Positions 1-13,949 of a DNA stretch of 64,000 bases are shown piece by piece; within the stretch, counting starts at the first letter, position 1, and each line of letters begins with the position of its first letter. Position numbers and translations under genes: made by a program. The notes beneath the pieces were generated by a model. The model made no database searches. It was not told the origin of the DNA and saw only the letters and a list, made by a program, of their open reading frames with translations. Source of the DNA: Mobula hypostoma (taxonomy: Eukaryota); contig NC_086124.1 of NCBI RefSeq assembly GCF_963921235.1, positions 11,222,001 to 11,286,000 of the forward strand. The letters are read 5' to 3'.

Positions 1-140
1 ACATTGCTACCATCAGGAAGGAGGTACTGAAGGCACACACTCAACAATTCAGTAACAGTTTCTTCCCTTGTCAATCCAATTTCTGAATGGACACTGAACC
101 CATGAACACAACCTCACGACTTTTCATTATATTTCTATTT
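1..140 (+). mobile_element. Rex1/Babar-type LINE 3' fragment
   Basis: Contains ctaccatcaggaaggaggtac...ttcagtaacagtttcttccc (LPSGRRY...FRNSFFP-type C-terminus), a motif repeated at about 7140, 11850, 15160, 20810 and 63540. Confidence 0.65.
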
Positions 141-143
141 TTG

Positions 144-145
<2 letters not shown>

Positions 146-190
<45 letters not shown>
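146..190. repeat. (CA)n microsatellite
   Basis: About 22 consecutive CA units read directly. Confidence 0.95.
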
Positions 191-192
<2 letters not shown>

Positions 193-1228
193 GCCTATAC
201 AAAGTATTCACTGCCCTTGGAACTTTTCATTTTTTGTTTTAAAACAACAAATCGCAGTGGATTTAATGTGGCTTTGATATGGATCAACAGAAAAAGACTC
301 TTTCATGGCAAGTGAAAACAGATCTCTATAAGGTGATCTAAATTAATTACAAATATTAAACACAAAATAATTGACTGCTCACTCCCTTCAGGTCATTATT
401 CAGTAGATGCACCTTTAGCAGCAATTACAACCTTGGGTCTGTGTGGATAGGTTTATATCAGCTTTGCACATCTGGACACTGCAATTTTTCCCATCCTTCT
501 TTACAAAACTGCTCAAGTTCTGTCAGATTGCATGAGGACCGTGAATGAACAGCCCTTTTCAAGTCCAGCCACAAATCCTCAATTAGATAGAGGTCTGGAC
601 TCTAACTTGGCCACTCCAGTAATATTAACTTTGTTGTTTGTAAGCCATTCCTGTGTAGAGTGGCTTTATGCTTGGCGTCACTGTTGTGCTGGAAAACAAA
701 TCTTTTCCCAAGTCGCAGTTTTCTTGCGGAATGCATCAGGTTTCCCTCCAGGATTTCCCTGTATTTTTCTGCACTCGTTTTAAGCCTTTCAGATTTGCAT
801 CATATTATTTCCATTTCTTGATGATCGACTTAACTGTACTCCATGGCATATTCAGTGACTTGGAGATTTTCTTGTATCCATCTCCTGACTTGTGCTTTTC
901 AATATCCTTTTCATGGAGTTGCTTGGAGTGTTCTTTTGTCTTCATAGTGTAGGTTTTGCCAGAATACTAACTCACCAACAGTTGGACCTTCCAGATACTG
1001 GTGTATTTTTATTACAATCAATTGAAATAACTTGACTGCACATAGGTCTCCAAAAACAGATCTCCATTTAACTAATTATGTGACTTATAAAACCAATTGG
1101 CTGCACCAATGATGATTTAGCTTGTCATTTTAAAGGGGGGGGGAGGTTGAATATTTATGCATTTTTTTTAGTGTTTTATATATGTAATTCATTTAGATCC
1201 CTTTGTAGAGATCTGTTTTCACTTTGAC
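189..1228 (-). mobile_element. Tc1/mariner DNA transposon, internally deleted, right end truncated
   Basis: Starts CAGTGCCTAT..GTATTCA and is colinear with the 17261-18924 copy. Minus strand carries the WPSxSxDLxxIE-type transposase C-terminus. Confidence 0.8.
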
Positions 1229-1374
1229 ACACACAAAAACATAGTTATAATTCACAATTGTTTCTATTACAATGTACTGCTACCACAAAGACAGCAAATT
1301 TCACAACATGAGCCAGTGACATTAAACCAGATTCTGACCTTTGCAGACAATACAAAGCTAAGTGGAGGGGCAAG

Positions 1375-2062
1375 CATTGGAAAGGGTCCAGACGAGGTTT
1401 ACAAGAATGATCCTGGAAATGAAAGGGTTAATGTATGATTGATGATTCTGGTCTGTACTCACTGGAGTTCAAAATAGTAAGGGAGGATCTTACTGAAATC
1501 TACCTGCTGTGAATTTAATATGAGTAATACTTGAGTAATATTGTAAATATGTTAAGCATTCTTAAATAATTCATTACAGGTTATACATAAAAATACTTAA
1601 ATTGCGTACATCATCACGCCACATGACACATATTTGCCTCTATTTAAGTAAATAGAAAGTTAAACTCTTATTATAGACTCCTTTGTTTTCCTTTGAATGA
1701 AAACATATAAAACATAACTGCCAAAGATTGAAAGGCTTGGATAAGTGGACATGAGAGGATGTTCTCAATCGTGGGAGAGTCCAGGGCACAGCGTCAGAAT
1801 ATGATTTCCCTTTAGAATAGAGCTGAGGAGGAACTTCTTTAGCCAAAGGGTGGTGTGGATTTCATTGCTACAGATGGCTGTGGTGGCCCAGTCATTACGT
1901 ATACTTAGTGATAGTTGATAAATTCTTGTGTAGTAAGGACATCCAAAGGTTACGGGGAGCAAGCATGAAAATGGGGTTGAGAAGGACAATAAAGCAGCTC
2001 TGATCAAATGGCTGAGAAGACTCAATGAGCCAAATGCCCTAATACTGTCCTTGTGTCTATGG
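1375..2062 (+). mobile_element. CR1 LINE 3' fragment interrupted by an insertion at about 1505-1718
   Basis: gtccagacgaggtttacaagaatgatcc (VQxRFTRMIP) and aggaacttctttagccaaagggtggtg (RNFFSQRVV) CR1 motifs. Confidence 0.7.
1505..1718. mobile_element. Candidate solo LTR nested in CR1
   Basis: Imperfect inverted ends tgctgtg...cataac. Flanks ctacc/ctgcc resemble a short TSD. Interrupts colinear CR1 sequence. Confidence 0.35.
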
Positions 2063-3698
2063 TCAATATATTTCAATCCCATGGCATACTCACCTGAAAT
2101 CATTGCAACTAATAAATCTAACATACTTCAGTGTGGTATTTTGAAGCGTGATAATGCCAATACTCCAGAGTTCAATTGTACACATTCTAGTTTTAGCAAA
2201 TTCACAATAACCTGGGTTTTTGGAACAACACCTTCAGATGGGAGTTAAAACTTGGAATCAAACTCCAGTCACAATTAGTAATTACATTTAAAAATTGTTT
2301 ATGCCAACCAATTTACTGAGTGTTAAGCAGACTTATTGCTTTGACTAATTTGCAGTACAAGCCAGAGTAGTTTTTAAACCCAAGTTGTCTGCAGACATTT
2401 CTCATAAAACACTGAACAATTCAAAGTCACTTATCTCCAAATTAGTGAGACTCTTGCACAAGAATAGAAATCAGAGAAATTGTGAAGGACAGACTTAATT
2501 TCAGCAAGTCCTCCTTGGTGACCTCACATTTATATCTGGCCCTGCAGCAAATACTATGGGGAAATTAATCCTATTTCTTTGCTTCTGCAAAGGACTTCTG
2601 CCCTCCCCATCCCAAAATATTAAATCTAAAATCATCAACTCTAAAGCCTCAATCTACCTTGACAGCAAACTTCTCTTTCAGCAACAACTGCCGGAGGAGA
2701 GGAATTGTTGACATTTCAGATCGAAATCCTACATCAGGACAACCTCTTCCAGAACTCTATCACTACTGCCTTTTAAGCAACATAGATTTCACCTGAGTGA
2801 TGGTAAACAGAACCTTCAGCAACTTCAAACTCTTTCTTTGAAACTAAGTCTCTTCACCTTTAAAGCATCAGATTTTTTTTCACTCAACCTCCAATGTCTC
2901 TCTATCCAAGGCTATAAGCATTTCATCATTTTTGTCATACCAGAGGCACGGTTCTAGCAGACCTGGAATTCCTGCAAAAGCTTGATGAATAATAGCATCC
3001 TTCAATTAACTAAAGCAATATAAAAAACACAAAACTGGTTTTGGAACAACAGATACCTCCAGTATGGTGAATGGATCAGTCAGAATTTCATTACCAGGCT
3101 GGCATGACTTTTTAAAAATTGCAATGATCCACATAACAGGCTTCTAAAGAATAAATTATTGGGGAATTCAAGATAGCATCAGGGATACAGATATGAAATT
3201 GACAAATGCTTAAAGACATTAATGAAGCAGAAGAGGGAAGGAAGCGCAGAGTGCAGATCACCATGATGGTGGGATTTCCACTGTTAACAATTAATATTAC
3301 TAATTCTGTAAATCTCGAAGTATCTAAAAGCAATTTCCAAATATATCTCAGTGAGGATAGGGCAGTGGATCTATAAAATGACTTTGATACAACATTTAAA
3401 AAACAGAGGCTTGACTGTGAAATTCCTTCTTCACAAAGGAAGCTAACATGACTAGCAGCAAAATAGCAAAGGATGAGCACAATATGTCCAGCTTCTTCAA
3501 ACCAAAAGTCAATGGATATAATTGTGAATAATCTATCTAGTTAAAACAGAAACTCTACTTCAATAGCTCAGGTTAAATAAATCAAGTCCATATTTGAGTC
3601 CAGGTCCTGTCATCAAGATAGTAAACAGGATTTCAATTCCAGAAGTACTGAAAATAGCTGGAATGAATGAACTTCAGTGCCAGGTTCAAAAGTTCAAT

Positions 3699-3830
3699 GT
3701 TCAAAGTAAATTTATTGCCAAAATACATTTATGTCAAAGTTCAAAGCTTATTTATTGTCAAAATACAATTTATGTCAAAGTTCAAAGTCAATTTATTATC
3801 AAAATACATATGTGTCAAAGTTTAAAGTAC
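3699..3830. repeat. About 40-bp tandem repeat (about 3.3 copies) at the tail of a non-autonomous retroelement
   Basis: Unit gttcaaagtaaatttattgccaaaatacatttatgtcaaa at 3699, 3739 and 3780, with a few substitutions. Confidence 0.8.
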
Positions 3831-4189
3831 ACACATGTCACCATATAGAATCCTGTGATTCATTTTCTTGCAGGCATAGTCAATCCATAGAACAACCATA
3901 ACAGAATCAATGAAAGACTGCACCAATTTGGGCGCTCAACCTGTCTGTAAAAGACAACACACTGTGCAAATATAAAAAGAAATAATAAACAACAAATAGA
4001 GGACATGTGGTGAAGAGTCCTTGAAAGCGAGTCCATAGGTTGTGGGAACATTTCAATGATGGAGCGAGTAAAGTTGTGTGAATTTATTTATCCCCTTTTG
4101 TTCAAGAACCCGATAGTAGAGGGGTAGTAACTGTTCTTGAACCTGGTGCTGTGAGACCATATACAATCCCAAGATTCATTTTCTTATGG

Positions 4190-6030
4190 GCATACAGTAC
4201 AGTGCAATACATAATACAAACTATAAAGTATAATAAATTAGTGCAGAAAGGAGAAAAAATAGTGAGGTAGAGTACACGGGTTCATTGTTAATCAGAAATC
4301 TGATGGCAGAGGGGAAGAAGCTGTTCCTGAAAGTTGAGTGTGTGTCTTCAGGCTCCTGTACCTTTTCCTTAATAGTGGCAATGAGAAGAAATCCTGTCAT
4401 TTTGAGGCATTGCCTTTTGAAGGAGTCCTGTCTATGCTGTGAATCCTCCATACCAGACATCGATGCAACCAGTTAGAACGTTCTACACAGTACATCTCAG
4501 AAATTTGCGAGCATCTCTGGTGACATACCAAATCCCCTCAAAATCAAATAAAGTATAGTGGCAGTCGTGCGAAATTGGATCATCATGTTGAGCCCAGGAT
4601 AGATCAGAGATGCTGATATCCAGGAAGCTGAAATTGCTCATCCTTTCCACTGCTGATCTTTCAATGTGTGTTCCCTAAACCTCCCCTTCCTGAAGTCCTC
4701 AATCAATTATTTGGTCTTACTGATGTTGAGTTCAAGTTTACTGTTGCGACACCATTTAACCAGCTGATCTATCTTGCTCCTGTAGGCCTTCTTGTCACCA
4801 TCTGATATTCTGCCAACAATAGATGTGTTATTGGCAAATTTATAGATGTCATTTGAGCTGTGTCCAGCCACACAACCCTGGGTGTAGAGAAGCGAGCAGG
4901 GGGCCAAGCACGCATCTTTGAGGTGCGCTAGGGTTGATTGTCAGCGAGGAGGAGATATTATTTCCAATCCGCACTGACTGGATTCTCAGTGAGAAAGTCA
5001 AGTATCCAGCTGCAGATACAGGTAGCTTGTTGATTAGAACTACAGGTACAATTGTGTTGAAATCTGAGCTGTAGTCAATAAACAGCTTTAAGTATTACTA
5101 TGTCCAGTGATCCAAGACTGAGTGGAACACCAGTGAGATTGCATCCATTGTAGACCTAATGTGACAATGGACAAGTTGCAGCAGATCCAAATCCTTGCTT
5201 AGGCAAGAGTTGATTCTAGCTGTGACCAAGCTCTCACAGCATTTCACAGTAGGTGTGAGTGCCACTGGGTGATAGTCTCACCCAGCTCACGCTCTTCTTC
5301 TTGGGCACTGGTACAATTGAAGGAGGTGGGAACCTCTGACTGCAGCAGTGAAAGCTTGAAGAGATCTTAGAAGACTCCCTCCAATTGGTTAGCACAGGTT
5401 TCAAAGTCTTACCAGTCACAACATCAGGGCCCGATGCCTTGCGAGGGTCTACCCCTTTTAAAAGATAATCTGACGGTAGCCTCCGAGACAGAGATAGATC
5501 ACAGGGTTTCCAAATGCTGCAGAGATTCACACAGGTTGAGTTTATTCTCCCTTACATGCATGCATAAAAGTTCATCTGAGAGTGAAACATCACAGACATT
5601 CATGATATTAGGTTTTGCTTTGTAGGAAGTAATAGTGGCCTGCAATCCCTGCCAGAGCTGACATGCATCCAATTCCGTTTCTAACCTCAATCAGAATTGT
5701 TTTTTCGCTCTGAAAGTAGCTTTCCGTAAGTCATAGCTGGACTTCTTGTATAGTTCTGGATCACAGATCTTGAATGCCACAGATTGAGCCCTCAGCAAAC
5801 TGAATCACCTGGTTTATCCATGGCTTTTGGTTTGGGAACATCCGGTAAGTTCTCAAAAGCACACACAGGTTTTGATGAAGTCGGTGACATCTGTGGCGTA
5901 TTCATTCAGAATTGAAGATGAATCCCTGAATATTGCCCAATCTACTGACTCAAAGCAGTCCTGTAAGTACTTCCGTTTTCTTAAAGGGAACTGCACTCAC
6001 AAATTGAGTCTGCTGTCCAAGGTTCGCTGA
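4190..6030 (-). mobile_element. Rex1/Babar LINE, degenerate RT region
   Basis: ORF pieces RKASGPDVV, SLLYTQGCVAGHSSNDIYKFANNT (decayed KFADDT), ELNISKTK and FRNSFFPSAIR, with many frameshifts. Confidence 0.8.
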
Positions 6031-9000
6031 TCTTCAGTATCAATAGATTTTTTTTTTAAAACATCTTAAAACGATGCTGCTTACTGAAGTAACCATGGCT
6101 GTGACTGAGGATTTCAACTGTAATCCTAAACAGAAATATCTGATGATTCCCATTGGAGCTGCACATAATGAGTCACCACTTAATGGAGGTATCTTACCAG
6201 ACAATGAGGAGAAACAGAGCATGCTTATTCTTTATAGCCTTGAAAAGATGTGATAAGCAGCAAAGACGTTCAAAATTAACACGATTGAAAAAAGGAATAT
6301 TTGGAGCAATGTTCCAACAAAAAGCCTAACTATTTTATTAAGGCAGTGGATAAAATGAGTTTTAAAAAAAGCTGCTGCCGACCAGTCTTTATTTAAAGTG
6401 GACTTCTGTGCAAAGACATAGAAACACATTATGTAATCCTTTGTTAGAAGAATTTTAAAAAACACGTATTGTCCTAGATGACTGATGAGTTCATATGCCT
6501 TTCTCCTCTGCCAGGAAACAAGTACAACATTGACTAACAGATCAAAATACGCTATGGATCAATATTCGTTATGGTGTCCACATGTAAAATCTACATTTTC
6601 AATTCAATTGCAGAGAATGACCACATGGAAAAAAGACTGGTTGGTTGTGAGAGTGAGTTGGTTCCTAGCGCATCAATCTAAAGAACAGAGGAGTAAATGT
6701 ACAGTGTTAATTAATATCCTTGCAATAGATGGCTAAGTCCAACTTTTTGACAATTTCGCATCAAATGAAGGAAGTGGATCCTAACACCTACCTGAAACCC
6801 TCAATAGTTTCACCTGCATTGCTTTAATCTACTAACGTATTTCACAGGGATATTACCAAACAAAATTTGACATTCAAATGAAATTATTAAGGAAATAAGC
6901 AGATGGGTCTGGGAAAGGAAGTCCACAGGACCTTGACAGCTTATGCAGTGGCTACAAATGGTGGAGAACTTAAAAGAGGGGAGAAAAAAAAAATCAGGAA
7001 GATGATAAATGTCCAGAGTTAGAGAAGCATAATACCACGGAGCTAGAGATTGTAAAGGGCATTTGAAAATAAGGTTAACTTAAAACGATTGTTTAACCAG
7101 GAGCTAAAGGAAGTTTAGGGGTAACAAGTGACCATCACCTAGGACGTGCCTTGTTCTCATTGCTACCATCAGGGAGGAGGCACACAAGTCTGAAGAAACA
7201 AACTCAATGATTCAGGAACAACTCCTTCCCCTCTGCCATCTGATTTCTGAATGGACATTGAACCCAGGAACACCAGCTCACTACCTTATTTCCATTTTTG
7301 CACTACTTATTTTATATATATATATATATTAAACCCGCGAGTTACAGTAGATATACTGTTTTCTCTATTATATATTGCAATGTACTGCTGACACAAAGAC
7401 AACAAATTTCACAACAAATGCCTGTGATGTTAAGCCCGATTCTGATTAGTTCTTTCAAACAAAAGCACCCGCAGTTTGGCTGATCCACTTCAGAGGCAGG
7501 ATGAATTTGGCCAGGTAAGAATGTACTAGACCTGTGAAGGCTGGGTGTACAATGTTAAAAGAGGATTTCACATCCAATAATGCTCACTAAAGACAGGCAA
7601 TACTAGAGGGATAGAAATTGACTGTTTGTGTACTAGCAAGGCAGTGCAGTCTGCAGTTCAATGCAAGGTCAAACTCGACACCACCATGCAAACTATTTGG
7701 TCTCAAACTGTTGTCAGCAAGTCAGTAGCTTGGATACATTTTTGGAGGGAAGATAGATACTACTTGTTGGAAAAATAATCCGGCAATTCAGTATGTAAGA
7801 TAGCAGAGAGGTGGGTGCCATTAGTGTGCTTACAGAAGATGTTACCCTTTTGGACACTGGAGCTGAAGATATGCCACAAGGCTGAACGTTGGAAAAAAAA
7901 AAGTTGTGTCACAAAGAACCCATTCACTATTTCAATGTCTGTACCTGACATCCCACAACTAATCATTTTCACATAACCACACCAATTACATTCTGGCAAT
8001 TAATGATAAACACCATGTCTTCCCACGAGAGACCCCATACACACGTTCAGTGAACTCTTACCCGAAGAGTAGTACAGTAAAAATTATCTTCCATTTGGTA
8101 AGCTATTTTTTTTAAAACCAAGATAGTCCAATGAGTACTACTTCAAGCTGCAATCGCAACTGCAAAATGTAATTTGTGCTTTTATACGTAATGTTTTTTG
8201 TGTTATTAGAAAAGGCTTTAATGCCAATCTTCCTTCATCTGTCCTGAACAGTTACCCTGACTATATTTCCTTTTCTAGCATGTACATCACATTCTGTTCC
8301 AAACAAAGCATAGATTTCCAATTTCTATCAATGCTTTAAAATTTCAAAGCAAAAGAAATAACCCAATGCCTTTACTGGCATTTTGATATGAAATAGGTTA
8401 AGTCTGCACCAGGTTGAGGGTTGGCATCACTCCCATGGCATTGCAGTAGCAAAATTCATTTGTGTGCTGCCTCGAACACAGAATAATGATACCATCTAAC
8501 AACAGACACCTGGACACAATAAAATGAATTCAACGATCTGAAACATTCAGTCAATGGGGAAAAGCTTTGAACGGAATCATAAAAGAATAGAATAGAGAGG
8601 GATTTTGTAGCAGGTAATTCCCAATCCTGCGACCAAGGAAGCGGAATGCACTGTAGCCACGTGTGAAGCAAATAAAACCAAGGAAGCAGAACAGGTCATA
8701 AGAGAATTTAATTCTTGTGTGATTATAGTAACAACACACACACAGACAAAATGCTGGAGGAACTCAGCAAGTCAGAAATGAATAAACAGTTGATGTTTTG
8801 GGCCGAGACCCTTCTTCAGGAAATATTATGAAGTATGGAAATAAGGTATGGGGTGGGAGATGGGGAAAGACCAACAAGGCAAGCAATGAAATAGTGGAGT
8901 CCAACCATAACAAACATCCAGGGTGAGAGCTGCAGAGAATATTATAAGGAGGCAGTTTTGGTGGCAGATTTTGATAAAGTTCACTTCGCAGTTGTGAACA

Positions 9001-9751
9001 GTATTGGCTAGTCTGAGTTGGTAGAATGGACCACAATGAGAACAAAGTTCAGACTATTTTGGAAACTGAAGAGAATGGCTTCGATCTTCCAAACACGACA
9101 GTCACACTGGGTGGAAAACCAAGAGCAAGTAAAGGTGGCAGTAAGGTTTGACATGAAGTGCATCAGATATTGATATCTAGATATTGTCTGTGAAATACAA
9201 TAACAATCCAAGGTGCTCAGTGAATCTGGTGTGTTTGTTTTTCAACCAAGCATGACAAACCAATGACCAAACAAATCTGCACTGTTTGAACATCTAATAC
9301 TCAACACCTTTCTGCCCGACTCCCTCTCCAATTCACCAGGAACCATGACAACCAATGTGACATCAGACAACAATTTGTCACACATTTCCAAGCAACCTCA
9401 AAGGAAACACCAGCATAAATTATGCAGGCAACTGCACTATCCCTCACGAACAACCTTTGGAAAAATAGATATTGGAATATGGGAAATCATTCTGAAATAA
9501 ACCATGCTTTGTGATGAAATCAATTATTCAACCAAAACTTTTATCTGATTGGGACTACAGCATTCAAATACCAATGTTTAATTTCAAAGAGCATGGAGAG
9601 CAAGTTTATTAGTGCTGTATTACAGTTAATTATTGTTGCCTGATCTCATTTCTCATAGCACAACAACCGGGTTTGTCCCACCTTAAAGATACTGCACCAA
9701 ATTACTCAAAAACTTTGGGTTGAAATTATTCTACAAAACAAAAGGTTCAAA

Positions 9752-10252
9752 TACACACAAAAAGTCTGGAGGAACTCAGCAGGCCAGGCAGCATCTATGG
9801 AAAACAGTCGATGTTTCAATCTGAGGCTCTTCATCAAGACAGGAAAAGAGAGACGAGAAGTCAGAGTAAGAAGTTTGGGGGGGGGGGAGAGAGAGGGTAG
9901 TAGAGGAAGAAGTACAAGGTAGTAGGTGACAGGTGAAACCGGGAGAAGGAAAGGGATGAAGTAAAGAGCTCAGAAGGCGGATGGTGAAAGAGATAAAGGG
10001 CCGGAGAAGGGGAAATATGATAGGAGAGGACAGAAGGCCATGGAAAAAGAGAAGGGGAAGGAACACCAGAGGGAGGTGATAGGCAGGTAAGGAGGTAAGG
10101 TGAAGAGGGAAATGGGAAAGGGGAATGGCGGAGGAGATGGTGGGTGTGGGGTGGGCAATTACCCAAGTTTGAGAAATCAATATTCATGCCATCAGGTTGG
10201 AGGCTACCCAGACAGGATATAAGCTGCTGCTCTTCCACCCTGAGGGTGAAGC
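9752..10252 (-). mobile_element. Penelope-like element 3' end (GIY-YIG C-terminus, pyrimidine-rich UTR, degenerate hammerhead)
   Basis: EEQQLISCLGSLQPDGMNIDF peptide. Shared terminal segment gatgctgcctggcctgctgagttcctccag. Confidence 0.75.
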
Positions 10253-10435
10253 ATCCCTTTCATTGCTTGCAAACAGCTGCAACCTTATCATGTATTTATT
10301 TGTAATAAAATTCAATATACAACCTGAAACTATAAAAAATTGTGAAATTTCTTTGAGAAAGGTAACATTACAGAATAGGAAACAATAATGGATAAAATAT
10401 GTGTTAAATACAGTTGAAGCATTAACTAAATGTGA

Positions 10436-11162
10436 AACATAGAAAATAGGTGCAGGAGTAGGCCATTCGGCCCTTCGAGCCTGCACCGCCATTCAGTATG
10501 ATCATGGCTGATCATTCAACTCAGAACCCTGTACCAGCCTTCCCCCCATACCCCCTGATCCCTTTAGCCACAAGGGCCATATCTAACTCCCTCTTAAATA
10601 TAGCCAATGAACTGTTTCCTGTGGCAGAGAATTCCACAGGTTCACCACTCTCTGCGTGAAGAAGTTTTTCCTCATCTCAGTCCTAAAAGGCTACCCCTTT
10701 ATCCTCAAACTGTGACCCCTCATTCTGGACTTCCCCAACATCGGGAACAATCTTCCTGCATCTAGCCTGTCCAATCTCTTTTGAATTTTATACGTTTCAA
10801 TAAGATCCCCCCTCAATCTTCTAAATTCCAACGAGTATAAGCCTAGCCGATCCAGTCTTTCATCATATGAAAGTCCTGCCATCCCAGGAATCAATCTGGT
10901 GAACCTTCTTTGTACTCCCTCTATGGCAAGAATGTCTTTCCTCAGATTAGGGGACCAAAACTGCACACAATACTCCAGGTGTGGTCTCACCAAGGCCTTG
11001 TACAACTGCAGTAGTACCTCCCTGCTCCTGTACTCCAATCCTCTTGCTATGAATACCAGCATACCATTCGCCTTTTTCACCGCCTGCTGTACCTGCATGC
11101 CCACTTTCAATGACTGATGTATGACACCCAGGTCTCGTTGCACCTCCCCTTTTCCTAATCGG
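10436..11162 (-). mobile_element. CR1 LINE 3' part, young
   Basis: 150-aa ORF with VRPHLEYCVQFWSP...VQRRFTRLIPG, plus the CR1 3' tail cctactcctgcacctattttctatg. Confidence 0.9.
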
Positions 11163-11489
11163 TGAACTAAATTAATTCATTACAACATGATCAAGTACTG
11201 TTGAATGCCACAAAATAATGACTAATCTACAACATTCTGTATATTTTTTTTAAATCACAGACCAAATAAAATCCTAAGTGAAGCTCCCCTGAGATCTCAC
11301 TGAACCCATATCCCAGAGCAGAGGGCCCAAAGACTCCATGGAATTTTTAAAACAAAATGGATTACATAAGTTAAGCTATTTGGAGTTGAATAGTATTTGC
11401 AAGGTTTTTAAAATATGCAAAATAAGACATCCATAATGTCACATTATGCACTATATGACATTCCAAAAGCTGAACTATATAGAGGGACC

Positions 11490-12143
11490 AGAAGTGGTGA
11501 GTGAGTAATTTCAAGTTCCAGGGTCTCTAAGGATCTAACCTGGACCCAACATATCATTGCAGCTACAAAGGCAGCACAACAGTGACTATATTTCATGAGG
11601 AGTTTGAGAAGATTGGGTATGTCTCCAAAAACATTTGAAGTTTTCTACAAATGTACCATAGAGAGCATTCTAACTGGCTGCACCACTATCCGGTATGGGG
11701 TGGGGGGGCTACTGCACAGGATCGAAATAAGCTGCAGAAAGTTGTAAAGTTGTCAGCTCCATCTTGGGTACTAGCCTCCATAGTACCCAGGACATCTTCA
11801 AGGAGCAATGCCTCAAAAGGCAGTGTCTTTCATTACCTACCCTCATCACCCAAGTCATGCCCTGTTCTCATTGTCACCACCAGGAAGGAGGTACACACTC
11901 AACGATTCAGGATCAGATTCCGCCCCCCTGCCATCTGATTTCCGAATGGACACTGAACCCATGAATGAACACTACCTCACGTTTTTTTAATTTCTATTTT
12001 TGCACTATTTATTTAATTTAAATATTTAATATATACTGACTGTAATTCAGTTTTTTCTCTATTATCATATATTGCATTGTGCCACTATCGCAAAGTCAAC
12101 AAATTTCACGACACATGCCGGTGATATTAAACCTGATTCTGAT
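11490..12143 (+). mobile_element. Rex1/Babar LINE 3' part
   Basis: FYKCTIESILTGC-type region, QDRNKLQKVV, and tail taaacctgattctgatt. Confidence 0.75.
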
Positions 12144-13089
12144 TAAAGTATCACTACCCTAATATTCAATCATTGCATAAACAGCTACTGCACTGGTGGA
12201 ATGCTTTATCCTTGCTAAAGAAGCAGTACTACTAATCACCTTCGCATTTCTACCAAAGAACAATTAAGATCAATGAGGAAGGATGTGGCTTCTACCAAGC
12301 TGAATTCAATATCAGATCTATACTTAATATTCAAACTTAAGCACACTTAAACTTCCATTAGCAGGAAACATGACAATCCATTGAAATTATAAAGCAAAGA
12401 AAAATTGTACTGAAAATGCAAATCATCAGATAAGTATTTTTAACTATATTTTTAAAAAATTACAAGAGGTATAAAATGTCACAATTGTATTTTCTTTTAA
12501 TAAGAAATCTTAAGCTTATTTTGAGAGGTTTCACAAGGTCTTACAACACTTCCAAATTAAACAAGCAACATACAAAATCGCACAACCATTATCCCCACAG
12601 AATATCAACAAACTACTGCAGCTTTGAATTTTCAAGAAAGCTTTATATATATTAAAAAAACACTTAAAAATACTTAATTCACCAAAAGTTCAATTATACA
12701 GAAGCAAAACAAAATCCACTGAAATTAAAACAGATATTTGCAGACGCCTAAAACACTATCAATTGCCGACCTAAACAGATAGCAGTCTGAGAAAAGGGAT
12801 CAGTCGCTGCAGCAAAACTACCAAGTATTTTCACAATTCCTGCAATATTAAAATATTACACTTGGAATACTACACAAGGAAAACATTCTATATAATCGAG
12901 TGTTTCATTCTAGTGGTGAAAGAGGACCAATGTAAAAATCTAGCTGCTTGTTTTTCACCCTGTTATCCTCTGATTGCTTAGGCTATTGTTCAGTACGGAG
13001 GCAACACTGGGCAAGGAGGAGGAGGAGGGGGGTGGTGGAATAAAACACGTTTAACTATTTAGTACTCGAGAGCTAAGCACAGCAAACAA

Positions 13090-13730
13090 GCGCTGACTTA
13101 ACGGTTAACTTTTGCAGCGCGATGTTTTCGTGCAGATTATAGTTTGCAAAAAGCAGGATCGGAAATGGCGAGGGACGGGAACGAGGGAGGGCTGTTGCTG
13201 CGGACTGGCGGCTGAGGATCGGAAGGCCGAGGGCCGGGATACGGACAGTAAGGAGGCAGCGAGGACAGGAGGCCCCCCTCCACCACACCACATCCCCTCC
13301 TCCTCGGAGCCGAGCCTCTGTGCAAACCCCCTCCGACCACCCTCTCCCCCTTCCCCACCCACGCCCACCCTGCGAGCCGCCGCTCACCTCGCAGAAGCGC
13401 TGGCAGTAGTGCGCAGAGGACTCCTGGGACACGCCGCGCCTCCGCAGCTCGCCGTGGAGGAGCCGCAGCCGCTCGGTTAAGGGCTCGGGGGCCTGCTCGC
13501 TCTCTCCGTCCGCCATCTTCGCTCTCCACTGTTGCGCGTAGACACTGCTCACGTGACCAGCCCGCCTCACCTCTCCTCTCTCTCCACCCCCCCCCACCCG
13601 CCGAACGGAAGGATGCGTCCCCGTGACGTCACCGATCCCGTTCGGCTCCGCCCCCGCGCCCCCTATGACGTCACAATGCCCCTCAGCGAACCTGGGTGAC
13701 TCCCCTCAGGGTCAGACCCGGTGCACGTTT
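13090..13730 (-). promoter_or_regulatory. CpG island / RLF promoter
   Basis: High GC and CpG. E-box CACGTG 13550-13555, two perfect CRE palindromes TGACGTCA (13624-13631, 13666-13673), GC box at about 13645-13654, YY1-type AAGATGGCG at the ATG. Confidence 0.85.
13388..13516 (-). CDS. RLF: RLF zinc finger protein (ZNF292/RLF family), coding exon 1: MADGESEQAPEPLTERLRLLHGELRRRGVSQESSAHYCQRFCE
   Basis: ATG in aagATGGCG context inside a CpG island. Phase-0 GTGAGC donor after YCQRFCE resembles the human RLF exon-1 end (ELREQEVSEVSSLNYCRSFCQ). Linkage with ZNF593 and SELENON (human 1p) favours RLF over ZNF292. Exon 2 was not found in the window. Confidence 0.75.
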
Positions 13731-13949
13731 GTCAAGGGCAGAATTCCACTTCAAATGCCGCCAATTCTCTGCAGGAGGACTTGCCTTTACATACCACCCA
13801 CAACCTGAGGCTACATCGATTGGAATTAGAACTTAAAAACCCGCAATTTCTTTTTTTTGCAAAATCCATGGACAAGGACTTGAATTTGCATAGCACCCTC
13901 AACCTTAGGCTGCATCAATTTATATCAGAATTTCTTTTTGCAAAATCTG

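Noticed and set aside
2093-2235. Open minus-strand frame ending in a GTGAG donor as RLF exon 2
   Set aside because: The translation does not resemble the expected TLLxYA...LLEVY...ARPYLT exon. No RLF exon 2 was found in the window.
3699-3830. CRISPR-like array
   Set aside because: Head-to-tail repeats without unique spacers, in eukaryotic TE context, with no cas genes.
6232-6465. ORF containing TLLQ as RLF exon 2
   Set aside because: No similarity beyond four residues and no suitable splice sites.
13073-13597. 174-aa ORF as a single-exon gene
   Set aside because: Only 13388-13516 resembles RLF. A strong donor follows, and the rest is GC-rich UTR or intron read-through.
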